Below, in pieces: positions 18,819 to 29,880 of a stretch of 62,692 bases of DNA. Under the pieces are notes generated by a model, which was not told the DNA's origin, did not search any database, and saw only the letters and a program-made list of their open reading frames with translations. This DNA comes from Candidatus Paenalcaligenes intestinipullorum. GTDB lineage: Bacteria > Pseudomonadota > Gammaproteobacteria > Burkholderiales > Burkholderiaceae_B. The position numbers were made by a program, and so were the translations under genes. How positions within the stretch are numbered: the first letter of the stretch is position 1; each line of letters begins with the position of its first letter. The stretch lies in contig DWUQ01000152.1 in the NCBI GenBank assembly GCA_019120675.1, forward strand, positions 1 through 62,692, written 5' to 3'.

Positions 18819-20599
18819 GTCTGACTACTGCGCCCCTGCTTGAGCTGGAAGGTCTGAGTATTAGTGTGGCTGAGGAATCTGGTTTACGCGATGTCGTACG
18901 TGATTTCAATCTATGTATAACGCCCGGCGAGACGTTGGCGCTGGTTGGCGAATCCGGTTCAGGTAAAAGCGTCACAGCACAGGCCATTTTACGCTTGCTG
19001 CCGGAAAACTTGCTGATCCGAACGGGGCAGGTGCGGTTAGAGCAACGCTCCTTAAACATGCTCTCGAATGCGGAGTTACGGAGCATACGAGGCGCAAAGG
19101 TAGGTATGATTTTCCAAGAGCCGGCCACCAGTTTAAATCCGGTCATGCGCATTGGGGATCAGCTCACCGAAACCTTGCGTTTGCATACCTCTTTGCGAGG
19201 GGATGCTCTTAAAGCGCGTGCTCGGGCATGGCTGGAGCGAGTAGGCATTCCCGATGCTGCAGAGCGTCTGAGTGATTATCCCTTTCAGTTTTCTGGAGGA
19301 CAACGTCAGCGCATTATGATTGCGATGGCTTTAGCCGCTGAGCCGCAGTTGCTGATCGCTGATGAGCCGACTACGGCGTTAGACGTATCTGTCCAAGCCC
19401 AAATTCTGGATTTGCTACGAGATATACAACAAGAGTTGGGCTTAGCGATTTTGTTGATTACCCACGATTTAGCGGTGGTCAAGCAGATGGCGCACCGTAT
19501 AGCGCTCATGCGCCATGGGCAGCTCGTAGAGAGCGCCACGACGGAACGATTTTTCGCCAACCCCGAGCACCCCTATGCACAAGAGCTTTTGGCCGCGATT
19601 CCAACCTTTTCGAAGCGTGGGCAGCCTTTGTTGACGCCGCAACCAGTCGTCTTTCAGGAAGCAGCGTCGACCGCTGCCTTAAACGATTCGCTGCCGCCAG
19701 TTAGCCCGTCCATCACTCATAGTGTAGAGGGCATAGCGTCTTCCGAGGACGTGGCTAATGTAGAGGCGTCTCCGGAGGCTACGGGCTTAGAGGCTGAACA
19801 GACTCAGCCCGTGCTTGAGGTTCAAGACTTATGCGTCAGCTACAAAGGCAAACAACGCTTAGGCCGTACGCGACAGCTTATCCACGTCGTGAAAAACCTG
19901 AGCTTGACTCTGCATCGTGGCGAAACCTTAGCCCTATTAGGGGGGTCTGGCTGTGGCAAAAGCACCGTAGCCAAATCGCTGATGCGTTTAATTGATGGTC
20001 AGGCTCTACAAACGGGGAACATCCGTGTACAGAGTTTGACTAATGTGCTGCAGGCTAGCACTCAAGTCGTACACCAGATGCGACAACGTATGCAAATTGT
20101 GTTCCAAGATCCTTTTGCGTCGTTGAATCCGCGTATGGCTATTGGGGATATATTGGCCGAAGGGCTACGCAGCTTGCACCCCCAGGTATCCAAGCCTATA
20201 GTACAGCGGCGATTGCAACGCTTACTGGACCAAACAGGGCTACCTGCAAACAGTTTGGGGCGCTATCCACACGAGTTTTCAGGTGGGCAGCGTCAGCGCA
20301 TTGCTATTGCTCGGGCATTGGCAGTTGAGCCAAGTATTTTAATTTGCGATGAGCCCACTTCGGCCTTAGATGTGTCGGTACAAGCCCAAATTTTAGATTT
20401 GTTGACGACTATCCAGCGAGATACAGGCTTAGCGTACTTGTTTATTACGCACAATTTTAGTGTGGTGGAGTATTTTGCAGATCGTATTGCAGTGATGCAT
20501 GAGGGCAAAGTTATTGAGCAGGGTGATGCGGCTCAGGTGCTCCTACACCCTCAGCATACCCATACGCGAGCGCTGCTAGCGGCTGTGCCGCGTTTGTAA
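18815..20599 (+). CDS. Peptide ABC transporter ATP-binding protein with two fused NBDs
   Basis: Two Walker A motifs (GESGSGKS, GGSGCGKS) and two FSGGQRQR signatures; ATGA overlap with the upstream stop. Confidence 0.93.
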   Translation: MSLTTAPLLELEGLSISVAEESGLRDVVRDFNLCITPGETLALVGESGSGKSVTAQAILRLLPENLLIRTGQVRLEQRSLNMLSNAELRSIRGAKVGMIFQEPATSLNPVMRIGDQLTETLRLHTSLRGDALKARARAWLERVGIPDAAERLSDYPFQFSGGQRQRIMIAMALAAEPQLLIADEPTTALDVSVQAQILDLLRDIQQELGLAILLITHDLAVVKQMAHRIALMRHGQLVESATTERFFANPEHPYAQELLAAIPTFSKRGQPLLTPQPVVFQEAASTAALNDSLPPVSPSITHSVEGIASSEDVANVEASPEATGLEAEQTQPVLEVQDLCVSYKGKQRLGRTRQLIHVVKNLSLTLHRGETLALLGGSGCGKSTVAKSLMRLIDGQALQTGNIRVQSLTNVLQASTQVVHQMRQRMQIVFQDPFASLNPRMAIGDILAEGLRSLHPQVSKPIVQRRLQRLLDQTGLPANSLGRYPHEFSGGQRQRIAIARALAVEPSILICDEPTSALDVSVQAQILDLLTTIQRDTGLAYLFITHNFSVVEYFADRIAVMHEGKVIEQGDAAQVLLHPQHTHTRALLAAVPRL

Positions 20600-20649
20600 T
20601 GGAAAATCTTATTAAAAAAGTGAAGGTTTAGCCGTCATCTGAGAGAACT

Positions 20650-21171
20650 ATGGCATTAAAAGTTTTTGATTTGCAGTGTCAACATGGGCACGTGTTTGAG
20701 GGGTGGTTTCAATCCCAAGATAATTACCAGCAGCAGTTAGACAGCGGCCAGCTAACTTGTCCCGTATGTGGTTCCGATCAGCTCACTAAGCGCTTATCGG
20801 CACCACGCCTTAATTTAAAACATGGAGTAGGGGAAGGCTCTTCCAGCCATACTAAAGCTGAAAATGAACGTACTTCCACGCCAACTCAAACCCAACAATC
20901 GTCTACGGGCACTAACGAAGCTTTTATGCCCACCTCAGAAAGCTTAGTGAAAATGCAGGCCGAGTTACTGCAGAAAATGCGTACACTTGTCGCGGCTGCG
21001 GATAACGTGGGCGAACAGTTTGCGCACGAGGCGCGACGCATGCACGAAGGGGAAATAGCCGAGCGCGCCATCCGAGGGAGCGCCAGCCGTGAAGAGATTG
21101 AAGAATTGCTTGAAGACGGCATTAATATCATGCCAGTGCCCGATTTTATGACGGATGAGCGTTTGCAGTAG
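20650..21171 (+). CDS. DUF1178-family protein
   Basis: FDLQCQHGHVFEGWF, CPVCGS, and NVGEQFAHEARRMHEGE...IRG...LLEDGI. Confidence 0.9.
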   Translation: MALKVFDLQCQHGHVFEGWFQSQDNYQQQLDSGQLTCPVCGSDQLTKRLSAPRLNLKHGVGEGSSSHTKAENERTSTPTQTQQSSTGTNEAFMPTSESLVKMQAELLQKMRTLVAAADNVGEQFAHEARRMHEGEIAERAIRGSASREEIEELLEDGINIMPVPDFMTDERLQ

Positions 21172-21188
21172 CCATGAAAAATGGCCAT

Positions 21189-21227
21189 AAAAAACCGAGC
21201 TTGCGTCGTGGCAAAGCTCGGTTTTTT
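21189..21227. terminator. Bidirectional intrinsic terminator
   Basis: A6-CCGAGCTT...AAGCTCGG-T6 between the convergent DUF1178 gene and efp. Confidence 0.8.
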
Positions 21228-21267
21228 AATTTGGGCTTAACTAAAAAAGCCCAGCCTACAGAACCGC

Positions 21268-21828
21268 TTAGCTGTTAACTCGGTTGCGGTATTCGTTGGT
21301 GCGTGTATCGATTTCAATACGGTCACCAATCTCACAAAACATAGGTACTTGAACGCTGTGGCCGGAACCAATGGTGGCGGGTTTCATAACCTTGCCAGAG
21401 GTGTCCCCGCGCACGGCAGGCTCGGTGTAGGTAATTTCACGAACGACGCTGTTGGGAAGCTCGACAGAAATTGCCTTTTCATCGTAAAACACCACCTCAG
21501 CGGTCATGCCGTCTTCGAGGTAGTTGAGGGCATCGCCCATGCTGTCGGCTTCGATTTCGTACTGGTTGTAATCGGCGTCCATAAATACATACATGGGCTC
21601 AGCAAAGTAAGAATACGTGCATTCTTTTTTGTCGAGCATGACCACATCAAATTTTTCGTCCGCTTTGTGTACCGCTTCGCTGGGCGAACCTGTGAGCAAG
21701 TTTTTAAATTTGAGTTTGACCACAGCGGCGTTGCGGCCAGATTTGTTGTATTCGGATTTTTGGACCACTAGCGGTTCGCCATTGATCACCACAACGTTAC
21801 CGACACGTACTTCTTGAGCGGTTTTCAT
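21268..21828 (-). CDS. efp: Elongation factor P, Arg32 type
   Basis: KSGRNAA loop, TEPAVRGDT and IEIDTRT motifs. Confidence 0.97.
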   Translation of the reverse strand: MKTAQEVRVGNVVVINGEPLVVQKSEYNKSGRNAAVVKLKFKNLLTGSPSEAVHKADEKFDVVMLDKKECTYSYFAEPMYVFMDADYNQYEIEADSMGDALNYLEDGMTAEVVFYDEKAISVELPNSVVREITYTEPAVRGDTSGKVMKPATIGSGHSVQVPMFCEIGDRIEIDTRTNEYRNRVNS

Positions 21829-21898
21829 AAATAACAGAACTCCGAGTAGGATGACTCCGCGGACATCGTGGTAAGCGGAGGACTAAATAAAAATAGCA

Positions 21899-23038
21899 TT
21901 AGCGTTGACGAACATGTTGCTGACTAAACCTCAGCAACTGTGTGACCAAATCGGTCTGCTGCGCCAACGTAGCCTGCCATTGTAAGGCTTCTGCACGCCA
22001 TTTGTCCCAATTTTCCATGCTTAAGCATTCAGAAAGTTGTTGGACAAGATCAGAGCGATAGCCTGTAGACCAATTGAGCATGGTTTGCTGGAATAGCGGC
22101 GGCAAAGAGCTGCGCTGCAATAACGCTTCCAGCTTGACCAAATGACTGTCTTCACTTTGAGGGTAAGGCTGCCAAATCATAGGCTGGGCCGCCCACAGCG
22201 CTCGTATTAGTGAGTCCTCACCGCGTACAAAATTGAGCTGACTGGTCCACAACAGTTGATCAAATTCGGCTTGGGGTAAAAACCCAAATTGCTGCACCTT
22301 GACCGATGCCAGATTCAGCGAGCGAGCAAGCGCCACATCGCTCGCCCGAGGGCTTAATACAAGGCTGGGCTGAGCCTGTTGGCTTAAAGCTTGTAGTAAT
22401 GCAGCTAGGGGGGCAGACTCATACTGGAAAAACACCACTAAGCGCAAACGATGCTGCAAAATATCCGTGATCTGTTGAGGGGCTAAGCCAAGTTTTTGCA
22501 GCAGTGTATGTTGTGCAGCGGTACTTTTTAACCAAGCCTCTCGTTGGGCCAACAGCTGGCTCTCGCGCAATAAGCCCCCTGTGTTAGGAGTGAAACCAGG
22601 AAAATAAAAGTATTTATGCTGACTCTCTGGCTGGGGCGAGGCTTGCAAATGAAAGCCTTCTACCCAGCCCTCAGCACTTAGATACTCTAAATTCAGCCAA
22701 AGCTCTTGGCCGCTGAGCTGCTGGCGATACGCCGCTGGCAATTCGCAAGCGAACGCCTCAATGACGACGTCTGCGGGAGTGGGGAAGAAGGCAGCTTCAT
22801 TGCCAGACCAATGGTGTACGTCGACGTGGTTCAGCAACTGGGTAGGAGTTTTAGCGTTTACAGCAGGGGCGATACGCTGAAAGCTAACCAGATCGTCTAC
22901 CCATAAACGCACCTCAGCCACGCTTTGATGCACCGCCAGCTGTTGAGCCAAACGCCAACACACACCGATATCGCCATAGTTATCGATGACTCGACAGAAA
23001 ATATCAATTCGTAAGGTCATAGAGCAGTCGATTTTCAA
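21899..23038 (-). CDS. earP: EF-P arginine rhamnosyltransferase
   Basis: DIFCRVIDNYGDIGVCWRLA, NLEYLSAE, FPGF and NFVRGEDS; adjacent to efp. Alternative start ATG 23020. Confidence 0.95.
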   Translation of the reverse strand: MKIDCSMTLRIDIFCRVIDNYGDIGVCWRLAQQLAVHQSVAEVRLWVDDLVSFQRIAPAVNAKTPTQLLNHVDVHHWSGNEAAFFPTPADVVIEAFACELPAAYRQQLSGQELWLNLEYLSAEGWVEGFHLQASPQPESQHKYFYFPGFTPNTGGLLRESQLLAQREAWLKSTAAQHTLLQKLGLAPQQITDILQHRLRLVVFFQYESAPLAALLQALSQQAQPSLVLSPRASDVALARSLNLASVKVQQFGFLPQAEFDQLLWTSQLNFVRGEDSLIRALWAAQPMIWQPYPQSEDSHLVKLEALLQRSSLPPLFQQTMLNWSTGYRSDLVQQLSECLSMENWDKWRAEALQWQATLAQQTDLVTQLLRFSQQHVRQR

Positions 23039-24243
23039 TGCAATACGAGCGGGTCCAGATTGACTTCATCGGGGAGCTCAGGGTGCACCAACTCACCCGC
23101 TGAAGTAGGAAAGTGCGGGCTGTCACAGTCTTCGCAGTATTCAGGCAAATAAATACCTGGTAATAGACGAATTTCGGTGACTCCTAAATTGCTCAGCAAC
23201 TCAGCAATTTCAGCGGGCGCATCGATAAACTCGTCGCTGCTGTTGTCGGCTTCTTGTTGGCTGAGTAAGCTCCAGATGCAGCCATAAATGATTTTGTTTT
23301 CATCGTCTTGATGGCTAAACCCCACTCGGTATTCTTCGACCTGATCGTGCCCGCAGGCAGCAATCACGGCAACCAGCTCATTGGGCGCAATCTGCGCTGC
23401 TTGCTCAAGCCAGGTGACGGCGGCTTTAATGATTAACGGCCTTAAAAACAAGTCAGCTAAACGATTGGCCGCATAAAAAGCATTCGGCAAACCATAATGC
23501 ACCTCGCAGCCGGTAAACAGTGAGTGCAAGACTTTTTGTGCCTGCTCGGGCCATTGGTGTTGGAGACGCTCCAGTACAGCCAAAGGTGATTCACGTGTGC
23601 TTTGCCACTGAAAAACCGCCGCGCCCCGTTTGACCGACACGACACCTAAAATAAAGCGCACATCAGCCAATAAATGTAAATCATGTTCGTGAGTGTTCAA
23701 GGTCACTTTGGCGTTCTTTTGTTGGCGCAGCTTTTGTAAAAAGCTAAGCAGATAGAGTCGAGTTTGGCTAAAAGACTGAGGCAGTTGTTCAAAATTTACG
23801 AGCTCGGGGTGTAAATACAGATCGGTATCGGACGCTAAGAGTTGCGAATGCATCAGCTGATGCAGGGCTTGGTGCAAAGCGGGTTCAATGGGGCCATGCG
23901 GCAATTGAAAACGCGTCCAAGCGGTAAACGGTATGCAGATCAATAAGCTATCGTAGTCTTGGTCCTGAAAGTGATCGGTATAGGACTCAGCAATACCCTC
24001 AACCATGCTGCCGAGGATTTCTAAGTGCTCATAGCAAGCGTGTTCGTCGAGCAGTTGAAACAAAGCAGCCAACGTTTTTGCGGCCTCTTGGGTCAGTAAA
24101 CGATTGGTGAGCTCGGTGATCTTGTGCTCCCAAAACTCGTCCTCGATTTTTGAGGCTGAGCGGGTCAGCGCATCGGCATAGAGTACGAGTTGCTGCGCCT
24201 CGCGGGATAATCCAGTTAGTTCAGGTAAAACAGTTGCAACCAT
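23035..24243 (-). CDS. DUF2863-family protein
   Basis: SASKIEDEFW, AWTRFQLP, LADVRF, EEYRVGF and C-terminal EYCEDC..P.FP; GGAGG RBS. Confidence 0.75.
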   Translation of the reverse strand: MVATVLPELTGLSREAQQLVLYADALTRSASKIEDEFWEHKITELTNRLLTQEAAKTLAALFQLLDEHACYEHLEILGSMVEGIAESYTDHFQDQDYDSLLICIPFTAWTRFQLPHGPIEPALHQALHQLMHSQLLASDTDLYLHPELVNFEQLPQSFSQTRLYLLSFLQKLRQQKNAKVTLNTHEHDLHLLADVRFILGVVSVKRGAAVFQWQSTRESPLAVLERLQHQWPEQAQKVLHSLFTGCEVHYGLPNAFYAANRLADLFLRPLIIKAAVTWLEQAAQIAPNELVAVIAACGHDQVEEYRVGFSHQDDENKIIYGCIWSLLSQQEADNSSDEFIDAPAEIAELLSNLGVTEIRLLPGIYLPEYCEDCDSPHFPTSAGELVHPELPDEVNLDPLVLH

Positions 24244-24404
24244 AATCGGACCTCCCTCGTGATGGTTCTTGGATAGTTTAAGTGTACCCCTTAGTGCTTA
24301 AGCGTGGCAGGAAACCAATCCCATGCCTTCAATTAAATTTAACGCCTTAACGATAATCTGCGCAAAGCTCCGGCCCTAGGCATTGCTCACAACCGTTAGG
24401 GTAT

Positions 24405-24444
24405 AAAAAAGCCGACTTCGGTGCACAGGCACCGAAGTCGGCTT
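24405..24444 (-). terminator. Intrinsic terminator of acnB
   Basis: AAGCCGACTTCGGTGC / GCACCGAAGTCGGCTT stem with a T6 tract on the minus strand. Confidence 0.8.
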
Positions 24445-24469
24445 GGTTTAGTCAGTGGCGAGTTAGAGG

Positions 24470-27055
24470 TTATAAGCCAACCGAGTCTGCAATCTCTTGG
24501 TATTCCTCAATTTGATCAAAATTCATATAACGATAAATTTGATCGCTGTTGTCGCGTAATACCCCCATATCGGCGAGGTATTCCTCACGGGTAGGAATAC
24601 GTCCTAAACGTGAACAAATCGCGGCCAGCTCGGCGGAGCCCAAGAACACATTGCTGTTTTTCCCTAAGCGATTTGGGAAGTTGCGTGTGCTGGTGGACAT
24701 GACCGTTGCGCCCTCACGGACTTGGGCTTGGTTACCCATACACAGCGAGCAACCAGGCTGCTCCATGCGTGCTCCAGCCACGCCCAATACGCTGTAATGG
24801 CCCTCTTCGGTGAGCTGGGCTTGATCCATCTTGGTAGGCGGCGCCACCCATAAACGTGTCGGGATATCGCGTTTGTTTTCCAGCAACTTGGAGGCCGCAC
24901 GGAAGTGGCCGATATTGGTCATGCAGCTGCCAATAAACACTTCATCAATTGGTGTGCCGGCGACATCAGATAGAGTTTTGACATCGTCTGGGTCGTTCGG
25001 GCAAGCGACTAAAGGCTCGTGAATCTCAGCCAAATCAATATCGATGACAGCGGCGTACTCGGCATCGGCGTCAGGCTCCAGTAACTGTGGGTTGGCCAGC
25101 CATTCCTCCATGGCCTTGATGCGACGACCTAAGGTGCGCTCGTCTTCGTAGCCATTCGCAATCATCCACTTCATGAGCGTGATGTTGCTGTTGAGGTACT
25201 CGATAATGGGCTCTTTATTCAACCGTACGGTACATGCCGCAGCGGAGCGTTCCGCAGAAGCATCACTCAGCTCAAAGGCTTGTTCGATTTTAAGGTCCGG
25301 TAAGCCTTCAATTTCTAGAATACGGCCCGAAAACACGTTGACCTTGCCTGCTTTTTCAACGGTGAGTAGCCCTTGCTTGATGGCGTAGTACGGAATGGCG
25401 TTGACTAAATCGCGCAAGGTGACGCCAGGCTGCATCTCGCCTTTGAAGCGTACCAGTACTGACTCGGGCATATCCAAAGGCATGACGCCCGTAGCCGCTG
25501 CAAAGGCGACTAAGCCTGAGCCCGCAGGAAAGCTAATACCAATCGGGAAGCGCGTGTGGGAATCGCCGCCGGTCCCGACTGTATCGGGTAGCAACAAGCG
25601 GTTGAGCCAAGAGTGAATAATGCCATCACCCGGACGCAGTGATACCCCGCCACGCGTGCTGATGAAATCGGGCAGTTCGTGGTGGGTTTTGACATCGATG
25701 GGCTTAGGGTAGGCGGACGTATGGCAGAAAGACTGCATGACCAGATCAGCCGAAAAGCCTAAGCAGGCTAAGTCTTTGAGCTCGTCGCGCGTCATGGGTC
25801 CAGTGGTGTCTTGGCTGCCTACTGTCGTCATGCGGGGTTCACAGTACGTGCCAGGACGCACACCCTGGCCTTCGGGTAAGCCGCAAGCGCGTCCGACCAT
25901 TTTTTGCGCCAAAGTAAAGCCTTTGCCAGAGTCCTCGGGAGATTGTGGTAAACGGAACAACGTGCTGGGTTCGAGGCCTAGCGCTTCGCGAGCGCGCGCA
26001 GTTAGGCCACGGCCAATAATGAGCGGGATACGACCACCCGCACGGACTTCATCAAACAATACATCGGATTTGACCGTGAACTTGGCAATTTCTTCGCCGT
26101 TCTTGATGGCCACACCCTCATAAGGTCGTAGTTCGATGACGTCGCCCATATTCATCTTGGAAACATCAAGCTCGATAGGTAATGCGCCGGCGTCTTCCAT
26201 GGTGTTATAGAAAATAGGCGCAATTTTATTGCCCAAACACACCCCACCAAAGCGTTTGTTGGGAACAAAAGGAATGTCTTGACCGGTAAACCACAATACG
26301 GAATTGGTGGCTGATTTACGTGAGGAACCCGTGCCCACCACATCGCCGACATAGGCTACTTGATGACCTTTGGCTTTAAGCTCAGTGATGAGATTAATTG
26401 GGCCAACCTTACCAGGATCGTCGGGCTCAATGCCATCACGAGGGTTTTTCAGCATCGCCAAAGCATGCAAGGGAATGTCAGGACGACTCCAGGCATCGGG
26501 TGCGGGGGATAAGTCATCCGTATTGGTTTCGCCCGTGACTTTAAAAATTGTCAGAGTAAGGCGTTCAGGGACTTCGGGGCGTGAGGTAAACCATTCGCCA
26601 TCGGCCCAGCTTTGTAAGATTTCTTTGGCGTGCGTATTGCCTTGGTCGGCCTTGTCTTTGACATCGTGAAAAGCATCAAACATTAACAAGGTGTGTTTGA
26701 GGGCCTCGGCCGCCACAGGCGCCAGCTCCGCGTCGTCCAGCAGCTGGATCAATGGGGCAATGTTATAGCCGCCAAGCATGGTGCCCAGCAGCTCACAGGC
26801 GCGTTGACGATCAAATAATGGATTGTGCTCCGTGCCTAACGCGACGGCCGCTAAATAAGACGCTTTGACTTTGGCGGCGTCGTCGACACCAGCGGGCACA
26901 CGATGCACGAGTAAATCCAGTAGGTACTCTTCTTCGCCAGCAGGTGGGTTTTTGATGAGTTCGATTAGATCGGCGGTTTGTTGTGCCGTTAGCGGCAGTG
27001 GTGGAATGCCAAGCTCAGCGCGCTCGGCAACGTGTTGGCGGTAAGATTCCAGCAT
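24470..27055 (-). CDS. acnB: Aconitate hydratase B
   Basis: [13 protein letters not shown] start, [26 protein letters not shown] and GCSLCMGNQ. True start ATG 27055. Confidence 0.98.
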   Translation of the reverse strand: MLESYRQHVAERAELGIPPLPLTAQQTADLIELIKNPPAGEEEYLLDLLVHRVPAGVDDAAKVKASYLAAVALGTEHNPLFDRQRACELLGTMLGGYNIAPLIQLLDDAELAPVAAEALKHTLLMFDAFHDVKDKADQGNTHAKEILQSWADGEWFTSRPEVPERLTLTIFKVTGETNTDDLSPAPDAWSRPDIPLHALAMLKNPRDGIEPDDPGKVGPINLITELKAKGHQVAYVGDVVGTGSSRKSATNSVLWFTGQDIPFVPNKRFGGVCLGNKIAPIFYNTMEDAGALPIELDVSKMNMGDVIELRPYEGVAIKNGEEIAKFTVKSDVLFDEVRAGGRIPLIIGRGLTARAREALGLEPSTLFRLPQSPEDSGKGFTLAQKMVGRACGLPEGQGVRPGTYCEPRMTTVGSQDTTGPMTRDELKDLACLGFSADLVMQSFCHTSAYPKPIDVKTHHELPDFISTRGGVSLRPGDGIIHSWLNRLLLPDTVGTGGDSHTRFPIGISFPAGSGLVAFAAATGVMPLDMPESVLVRFKGEMQPGVTLRDLVNAIPYYAIKQGLLTVEKAGKVNVFSGRILEIEGLPDLKIEQAFELSDASAERSAAACTVRLNKEPIIEYLNSNITLMKWMIANGYEDERTLGRRIKAMEEWLANPQLLEPDADAEYAAVIDIDLAEIHEPLVACPNDPDDVKTLSDVAGTPIDEVFIGSCMTNIGHFRAASKLLENKRDIPTRLWVAPPTKMDQAQLTEEGHYSVLGVAGARMEQPGCSLCMGNQAQVREGATVMSTSTRNFPNRLGKNSNVFLGSAELAAICSRLGRIPTREEYLADMGVLRDNSDQIYRYMNFDQIEEYQEIADSVGL

Positions 27056-27130
27056 GTTGCGGGCCTTTAATAAAGAGTAAATAGAAGTAATTTGACCCAA
27101 TTGTAGAGCGAAGGGGCTGATCACGCAATA

Positions 27131-27151
27131 GTCTTATATCTTATATAAGAC
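27131..27151. promoter_or_regulatory. Palindromic operator, probably for the GntR/SdhR regulator (copy 1, upstream of acnB)
   Basis: GTCTTATAT-CTT-ATATAAGAC, identical to 28879-28899. Confidence 0.8.
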
Positions 27152-27330
27152 TTGAGTGGTGAAAAAGCGATGCTTCACTTCGTAGGAGTGCTGTGTCCAC
27201 GCTTGCCAAACCCATGTTTCGCTTGAAGGAGTCAACGAGCGACTAGGGTAGGGGATATCGTCAACATGTATGCTATGCCGACTAACAAACGCTTAATCTA
27301 AAACACTCCCAAGTGAATCACGCTATACCC

Positions 27331-27606
27331 TTAGTCTTTAAGTGCGTGCAGCTCGGGATGACGTTGTACATAGCTCTGACTGTAAGAGCACAAAGGGCGC
27401 ACACGCAGATCCGCTTGTCGTATAAAGTCAAATGCTGCTTGGTGTAACTGAGCCGCAATACCTTGGCCGCGCCATTGAGAGGGCACGTAGGTGTGGGTTA
27501 GCGAAATCACCCCGTTGCTAAGGCTATAAGCCAAAACCGCCACCTCGCCATCGTGATGGTATTCGAACTGGTGTGCGTCCGTGTTGTGATCAATTGAAAC
27601 GGTCAT
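27331..27606 (-). CDS. Small GNAT-family N-acetyltransferase (YjdJ-like)
   Basis: LTHTYVPSQWRGQGIA and PLCSY motifs; GAGG RBS before ATG 27606. Confidence 0.88.
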   Translation of the reverse strand: MTVSIDHNTDAHQFEYHHDGEVAVLAYSLSNGVISLTHTYVPSQWRGQGIAAQLHQAAFDFIRQADLRVRPLCSYSQSYVQRHPELHALKD

Positions 27607-27730
27607 AAAAGCCTCACCACAAAATAACACTGCCCTTTACAGACACGCTTTAAAAAGCAGAGTCAGAAAGAGCAGTCACGAAAGAAGTTAGCATGCAGAC
27701 CAAGCCGTTGTGGCTTGGCCCATGCTGGGA

Positions 27731-28717
27731 TTAAGGCAGCAGATCTTGTACCCCTTCGCGCTCCTCTTGGAGCTCAGCAAGGGTTTTATCCATACGCTCG
27801 CGCGAGAACTCATCAATCTCTAAGCCTTCGACACGTTGATACTCGCCATTTTCGGTGGTGACGGGTACCCCATAAATAATGCCTTCGGGAATACCGTAGG
27901 AGCCATCCGAAGGGATACCCATAGTGACCCACTTGCCTTGGCTACCCAGTACCCAGTCACGTACGTGGCAGATGGCGGCATTAGCGGCTGAGGCAGCGGA
28001 AGATAACCCACGCGCCTCGATAATCGCTGCCCCCCGCTTCGCTACAGTGGGGATAAAGGTTTCGATATTCCATTCTTGATCCACGTGTTCTGCTAAGGAT
28101 TTTCCATTAGCCGTGACGAATCGAATATCGGGATACATGGTGGGGGAGTGATTTCCCCAGACGATGAGCTTATCAATATCCTTGACCTCGACAGAGGCTT
28201 TTTTGGCCAACTGAGTCACGGCGCGGTTGTGATCTAAGCGCAGCATAGCTGTAAAGTTTTTAGCGGGTAAGTCAGGAGCCGAGCGCATGGTGATGTAAGC
28301 ATTGGTGTTGGCAGGGTTGCCCACAACCAAAACTTTGACATCGCGGCTGGCCACATCGTTGAGCGCTTTGCCTTGCTCGGTGAAAATCTTGGCGTTGACA
28401 TGCAACAAATCCTTGCGTTCCATGCCCGGTCCACGCGGACGTGCGCCCACCAAAATAGCAATATCTGCGTCTTTGAAAGCCGTGCGTGGGCTGCTGTGTG
28501 CGGTGACTTCTTTAAGTAAGGGAAACGCGCAGTCGTCAAGCTCCATAATGACCCCTTGTAGGGCTTTTTGGGCTTTTTCATCGTCAATTTCAAGTAATTG
28601 CAGGATAACCGGCTGATCCTTGCCGAGCATTTCCCCTGAGGCGATTCTAAAGAGCAGGGCATAACCGATTTGTCCTGCAGCACCGGTTACGGCAACGCGC
28701 ATTGCGGATTTGGACAT
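27731..28717 (-). CDS. mdh: Malate dehydrogenase
   Basis: [32 protein letters not shown] and WGNHS motifs. Confidence 0.98.
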   Translation of the reverse strand: MSKSAMRVAVTGAAGQIGYALLFRIASGEMLGKDQPVILQLLEIDDEKAQKALQGVIMELDDCAFPLLKEVTAHSSPRTAFKDADIAILVGARPRGPGMERKDLLHVNAKIFTEQGKALNDVASRDVKVLVVGNPANTNAYITMRSAPDLPAKNFTAMLRLDHNRAVTQLAKKASVEVKDIDKLIVWGNHSPTMYPDIRFVTANGKSLAEHVDQEWNIETFIPTVAKRGAAIIEARGLSSAASAANAAICHVRDWVLGSQGKWVTMGIPSDGSYGIPEGIIYGVPVTTENGEYQRVEGLEIDEFSRERMDKTLAELQEEREGVQDLLP

Positions 28718-28878
28718 GAGAGTCCCTCCATTTGATGATGGTTAGCAAATGATTTTTTCGCTTAGCCAGTGTAATGCTTTGATTGTTGGCTTACGAGGAT
28801 TGTTTTCAAGCGATGAGCTAGTGTTAACGGCAATAGCATCTTCCAGCACACTAGACTAAATTAGTTTTATGGTCAATC

Positions 28879-28899
28879 GTCTTATATCTTATATAAGAC
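28879..28899. promoter_or_regulatory. Palindromic operator, probably for the GntR/SdhR regulator (copy 2, mdh/gntR divergent region)
   Basis: GTCTTATAT-CTT-ATATAAGAC, identical to 27131-27151. Confidence 0.8.
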
Positions 28900-28987
28900 A
28901 CAAGAGTGTTAGACAGATTTCTTTGAGCGTGCGAAAATAAGCTTAATTACTTTTACGAATACTCCGTAACCCCTTTGGGCTAAGCCT

Positions 28988-29755
28988 ATGACAGAACAAA
29001 TCTCGCCTGAACGCAAAGCCGCCGACCGATCGGCTGGCAGTGCTGCGTACAGTCCGCTTTATCAGCAAATCAAAGCACTTTTACTTGAAAGCTTAGATCG
29101 AGGCGAGTGGAAGCCGGGCGAAGCCATACCCAGCGAACTGGATTTGGCCGCTCGTTATCAGGTTAGCCAAGGTACGGTTCGTAAAGCCATTGATGAGCTC
29201 GCAGCCGACAATCTTCTTATTCGACGTCAAGGAAAAGGCACTTTTGTTTCCACTCACCACGAAGCTCGTGTACGGTATCGTTTTCTACGGCTTACGCCCG
29301 ACGATGGTCACCAAGCTGTCACAAGCAGTGTGATCATCGAATGTACGCGCGTCAAAACGCCTGTGGATATTGCCGCTTTACTTAATTTGCGCAGCTCCGA
29401 TACGGTGGTCAATATACGTCGTGTGCTGTCCTTTGATGGACGGCCCACCATTCTGGAGGACATCTGGTTACCGGGCTCGGTGTTTAAAGGGCTTACTGCC
29501 GAGACGCTAGCCAAAAACAAAGGGCCTTTATATGCTTGGTTTGAAAGCAAGTTTGGCGTCAGTATGGTGCGCGCGGATGAAAGCCTACGGGCACTGGCCG
29601 CCAGCGAAGAAGCCGCTAATTATTTAGATATCACCGAAGGCGTACCCTTATTGCAGGTTGAGCGCGTATCCTTTACCTATGGGGATCGCCCTATGGAAGT
29701 ACGTCGTGGTTTATACCTGACAGATCGTTTTCATTACCGTAACCAGTTAAGCTAA
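28988..29755 (+). CDS. GntR/HutC-family regulator with UTRA domain (SdhR-like)
   Basis: PLYQQI...IPSELDLA..YQVSQGTVRKA...GKGTFV HTH plus a UTRA C-terminus; lies between mdh and sdhC. Confidence 0.92.
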   Translation: MTEQISPERKAADRSAGSAAYSPLYQQIKALLLESLDRGEWKPGEAIPSELDLAARYQVSQGTVRKAIDELAADNLLIRRQGKGTFVSTHHEARVRYRFLRLTPDDGHQAVTSSVIIECTRVKTPVDIAALLNLRSSDTVVNIRRVLSFDGRPTILEDIWLPGSVFKGLTAETLAKNKGPLYAWFESKFGVSMVRADESLRALAASEEAANYLDITEGVPLLQVERVSFTYGDRPMEVRRGLYLTDRFHYRNQLS

Positions 29756-29880
29756 AGGCGACTATGCACCGTCTCGCTAAACGATCGTTTGGCCTGCACA
29801 AGGCAGGAAAATGCAGCAAACTATTTAGTCACTGGCTTTGACCATTACCTACAGTTTTTTATTTTTAATCGAGGTCCATT

